A stretch of DNA of 63,944 nucleotides, the filler included, from Octopus bimaculoides (lineage: Eukaryota): the NCBI RefSeq assembly GCF_001194135.2. It is 8 parts of 7 records of this genome, joined end to end, with 100 filler letters (N's around TTAATTAATTAA, not from the genome) between each part and the next. Parts side by side here need not be neighbours in the genome. Positions count along the whole stretch, not along the records: positions 62,916 to 63,944 come from NW_026298219.1; 7 more parts are not named here. The stretch is one strand, 5' to 3'. Every line of letters begins with the position of its first letter. Position 1 is the stretch's first letter. A program made the translations under genes and the position numbers. The notes under the pieces are model-generated. The model worked only from the letters and a program-made list of their open reading frames with translations, searched no databases and was not told the DNA's origin. Shown here piece by piece: positions 62,916 through 63,944 of this stretch.

Positions 62916-63375
62916 TAGTTGCGTACTGAGGTCGATTTAATCGACTGGCCCCTTTCACAAAAATTTCGGGCCTTGTGCCTAGAACAGAAAGGAATCCTAA
63001 GTCGGCGAGCTGGCAGAACCGTTAGCACGCCGGAAGAAATGCCTAGAGGCATTTCGTCCGTCTTTGCAATCCGAGTTCAAATTCTGCCGAGGTCGACTTT
63101 GCCTTTCGTTCTTTCAGGATCGATAAAAGAATACCAGTTAAATACTGAGGTCCATCCAAGCGACTCATCCCCCTCCCCCAAAATTGCTTCCCTTGTAGCA
63201 AAATTTGAAGCCATTATTATTAAGGCGATGCGGTGGCAGAATCGTTAGCGCGCTGGACGAAATGCTTAGCTTTATTTCGCCTGTTGCTACGTTATGAGTT
63301 CTAATTTCGCCACGGTCGACTTAACCGTCTCCCCCAAAATTGCTGGCCTTGTGCCAAAATTTGGAACCAATATTA
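62916..63375 (+). mobile_element. Head-to-tail array of SINE family C (tail, full copy 62999-63222, internally deleted copy 63223-63375)
   Basis: Repeated head ggc..gctggcagaa.cgttagc and tail ccccaaaatt...ccttgt. Confidence 0.8.
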
Positions 63376-63449
63376 ATTGCACTAACAGCATCAGCAATAC
63401 TAAAGATAATAGCAACGTTTACGACTCTAACAATATTCACTTAACAACG

Positions 63450-63944
63450 TTAATAATTATTGCTACTCTAAGCACAAGGCCTTAAAAATTTTGTAGGGAA
63501 CGGGTCTAGTCCAGGGATTTGTAAACATTTTGACTTGCGGACCCTTTATATTTCAGGCTTTACCTTAGGGACCCCCTTATAAACGCTTATGAATATTTGC
63601 TTAAAATAACATATATTTGCTTAAAATAACATATATTTTTACATTTATTTATTTAACAGTATTTAACAAATAGGTTTATTGTCAATTACAAGATTCCGAT
63701 TAAAAAACATATAAAATCAAATTGCCCATAAAAAGTATTTGCTGTCCACGGACCCCCTGTGGTCCGCGGACCGAGTTTGAAAACCCCTGGTCTAGTCGAT
63801 TACATCAACGCCAGTGAGTAAATGGTACTTATTTCATCGAACCTGAAAAAATGAAGGGCGAAGTCGGCCTCGGCGGAATTCGAACTCAGAACGTAGCTGC
63901 AGACGAAATACCGTTAAGCGTTTCGCGCTAACAATCCTGCCAGC
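63450..63944 (-). mobile_element. SINE family C split by a hAT MITE
   Basis: Head at window end (RC gctggcaggattgttagc...gagttcgaattccgccgagg), tail at 63450-63511; continuous once 63512-63797 is removed. Confidence 0.75.
63512..63789. mobile_element. hAT-superfamily MITE (278 bp) with 8-bp TSD
   Basis: TIRs CAGGGATTTGTAAAC / RC CAGGGGTTTTCAAAC; GTCTAGTC at 63504-63511 and 63790-63797. Confidence 0.9.

Overview
Eukaryotic, AT-rich, microsatellite-saturated draft-assembly DNA with many N gaps and an artificial TTAATTAATTAA gap spacer. The repeat landscape suggests an octopus or other coleoid cephalopod genome (inference from pattern recognition, not a search). No complete protein-coding gene is visible. 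Almost all long ORFs in the track are microsatellite or N-gap read-throughs, or decayed transposon ORFs. Supported content: four R4/Dong-like RLE retrotransposon relics, three stacked in (TAA)n arrays at 42.7-48.8 kb; two Penelope-like elements whose 3' ends carry a tRNA-like Pol III cassette followed by a minimal hammerhead ribozyme; CR1-, RTE- and L1/Tx1-type LINE relics; a near-complete DD36E Tc1-type transposon with TIRs and TA TSD; a mariner relic; a hAT MITE with 8-bp TSD; a 165-bp solo LTR with 5-bp TSD; many tRNA-derived modular SINEs; a U6 snRNA retro-pseudogene fused to a SINE-type 3' tail; and one probable host first exon (TATA + Inr + signal peptide + GT donor) at about 40.9 kb. 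All family names come from manual motif reading. Boundaries without a stated TSD or TIR are approximate.
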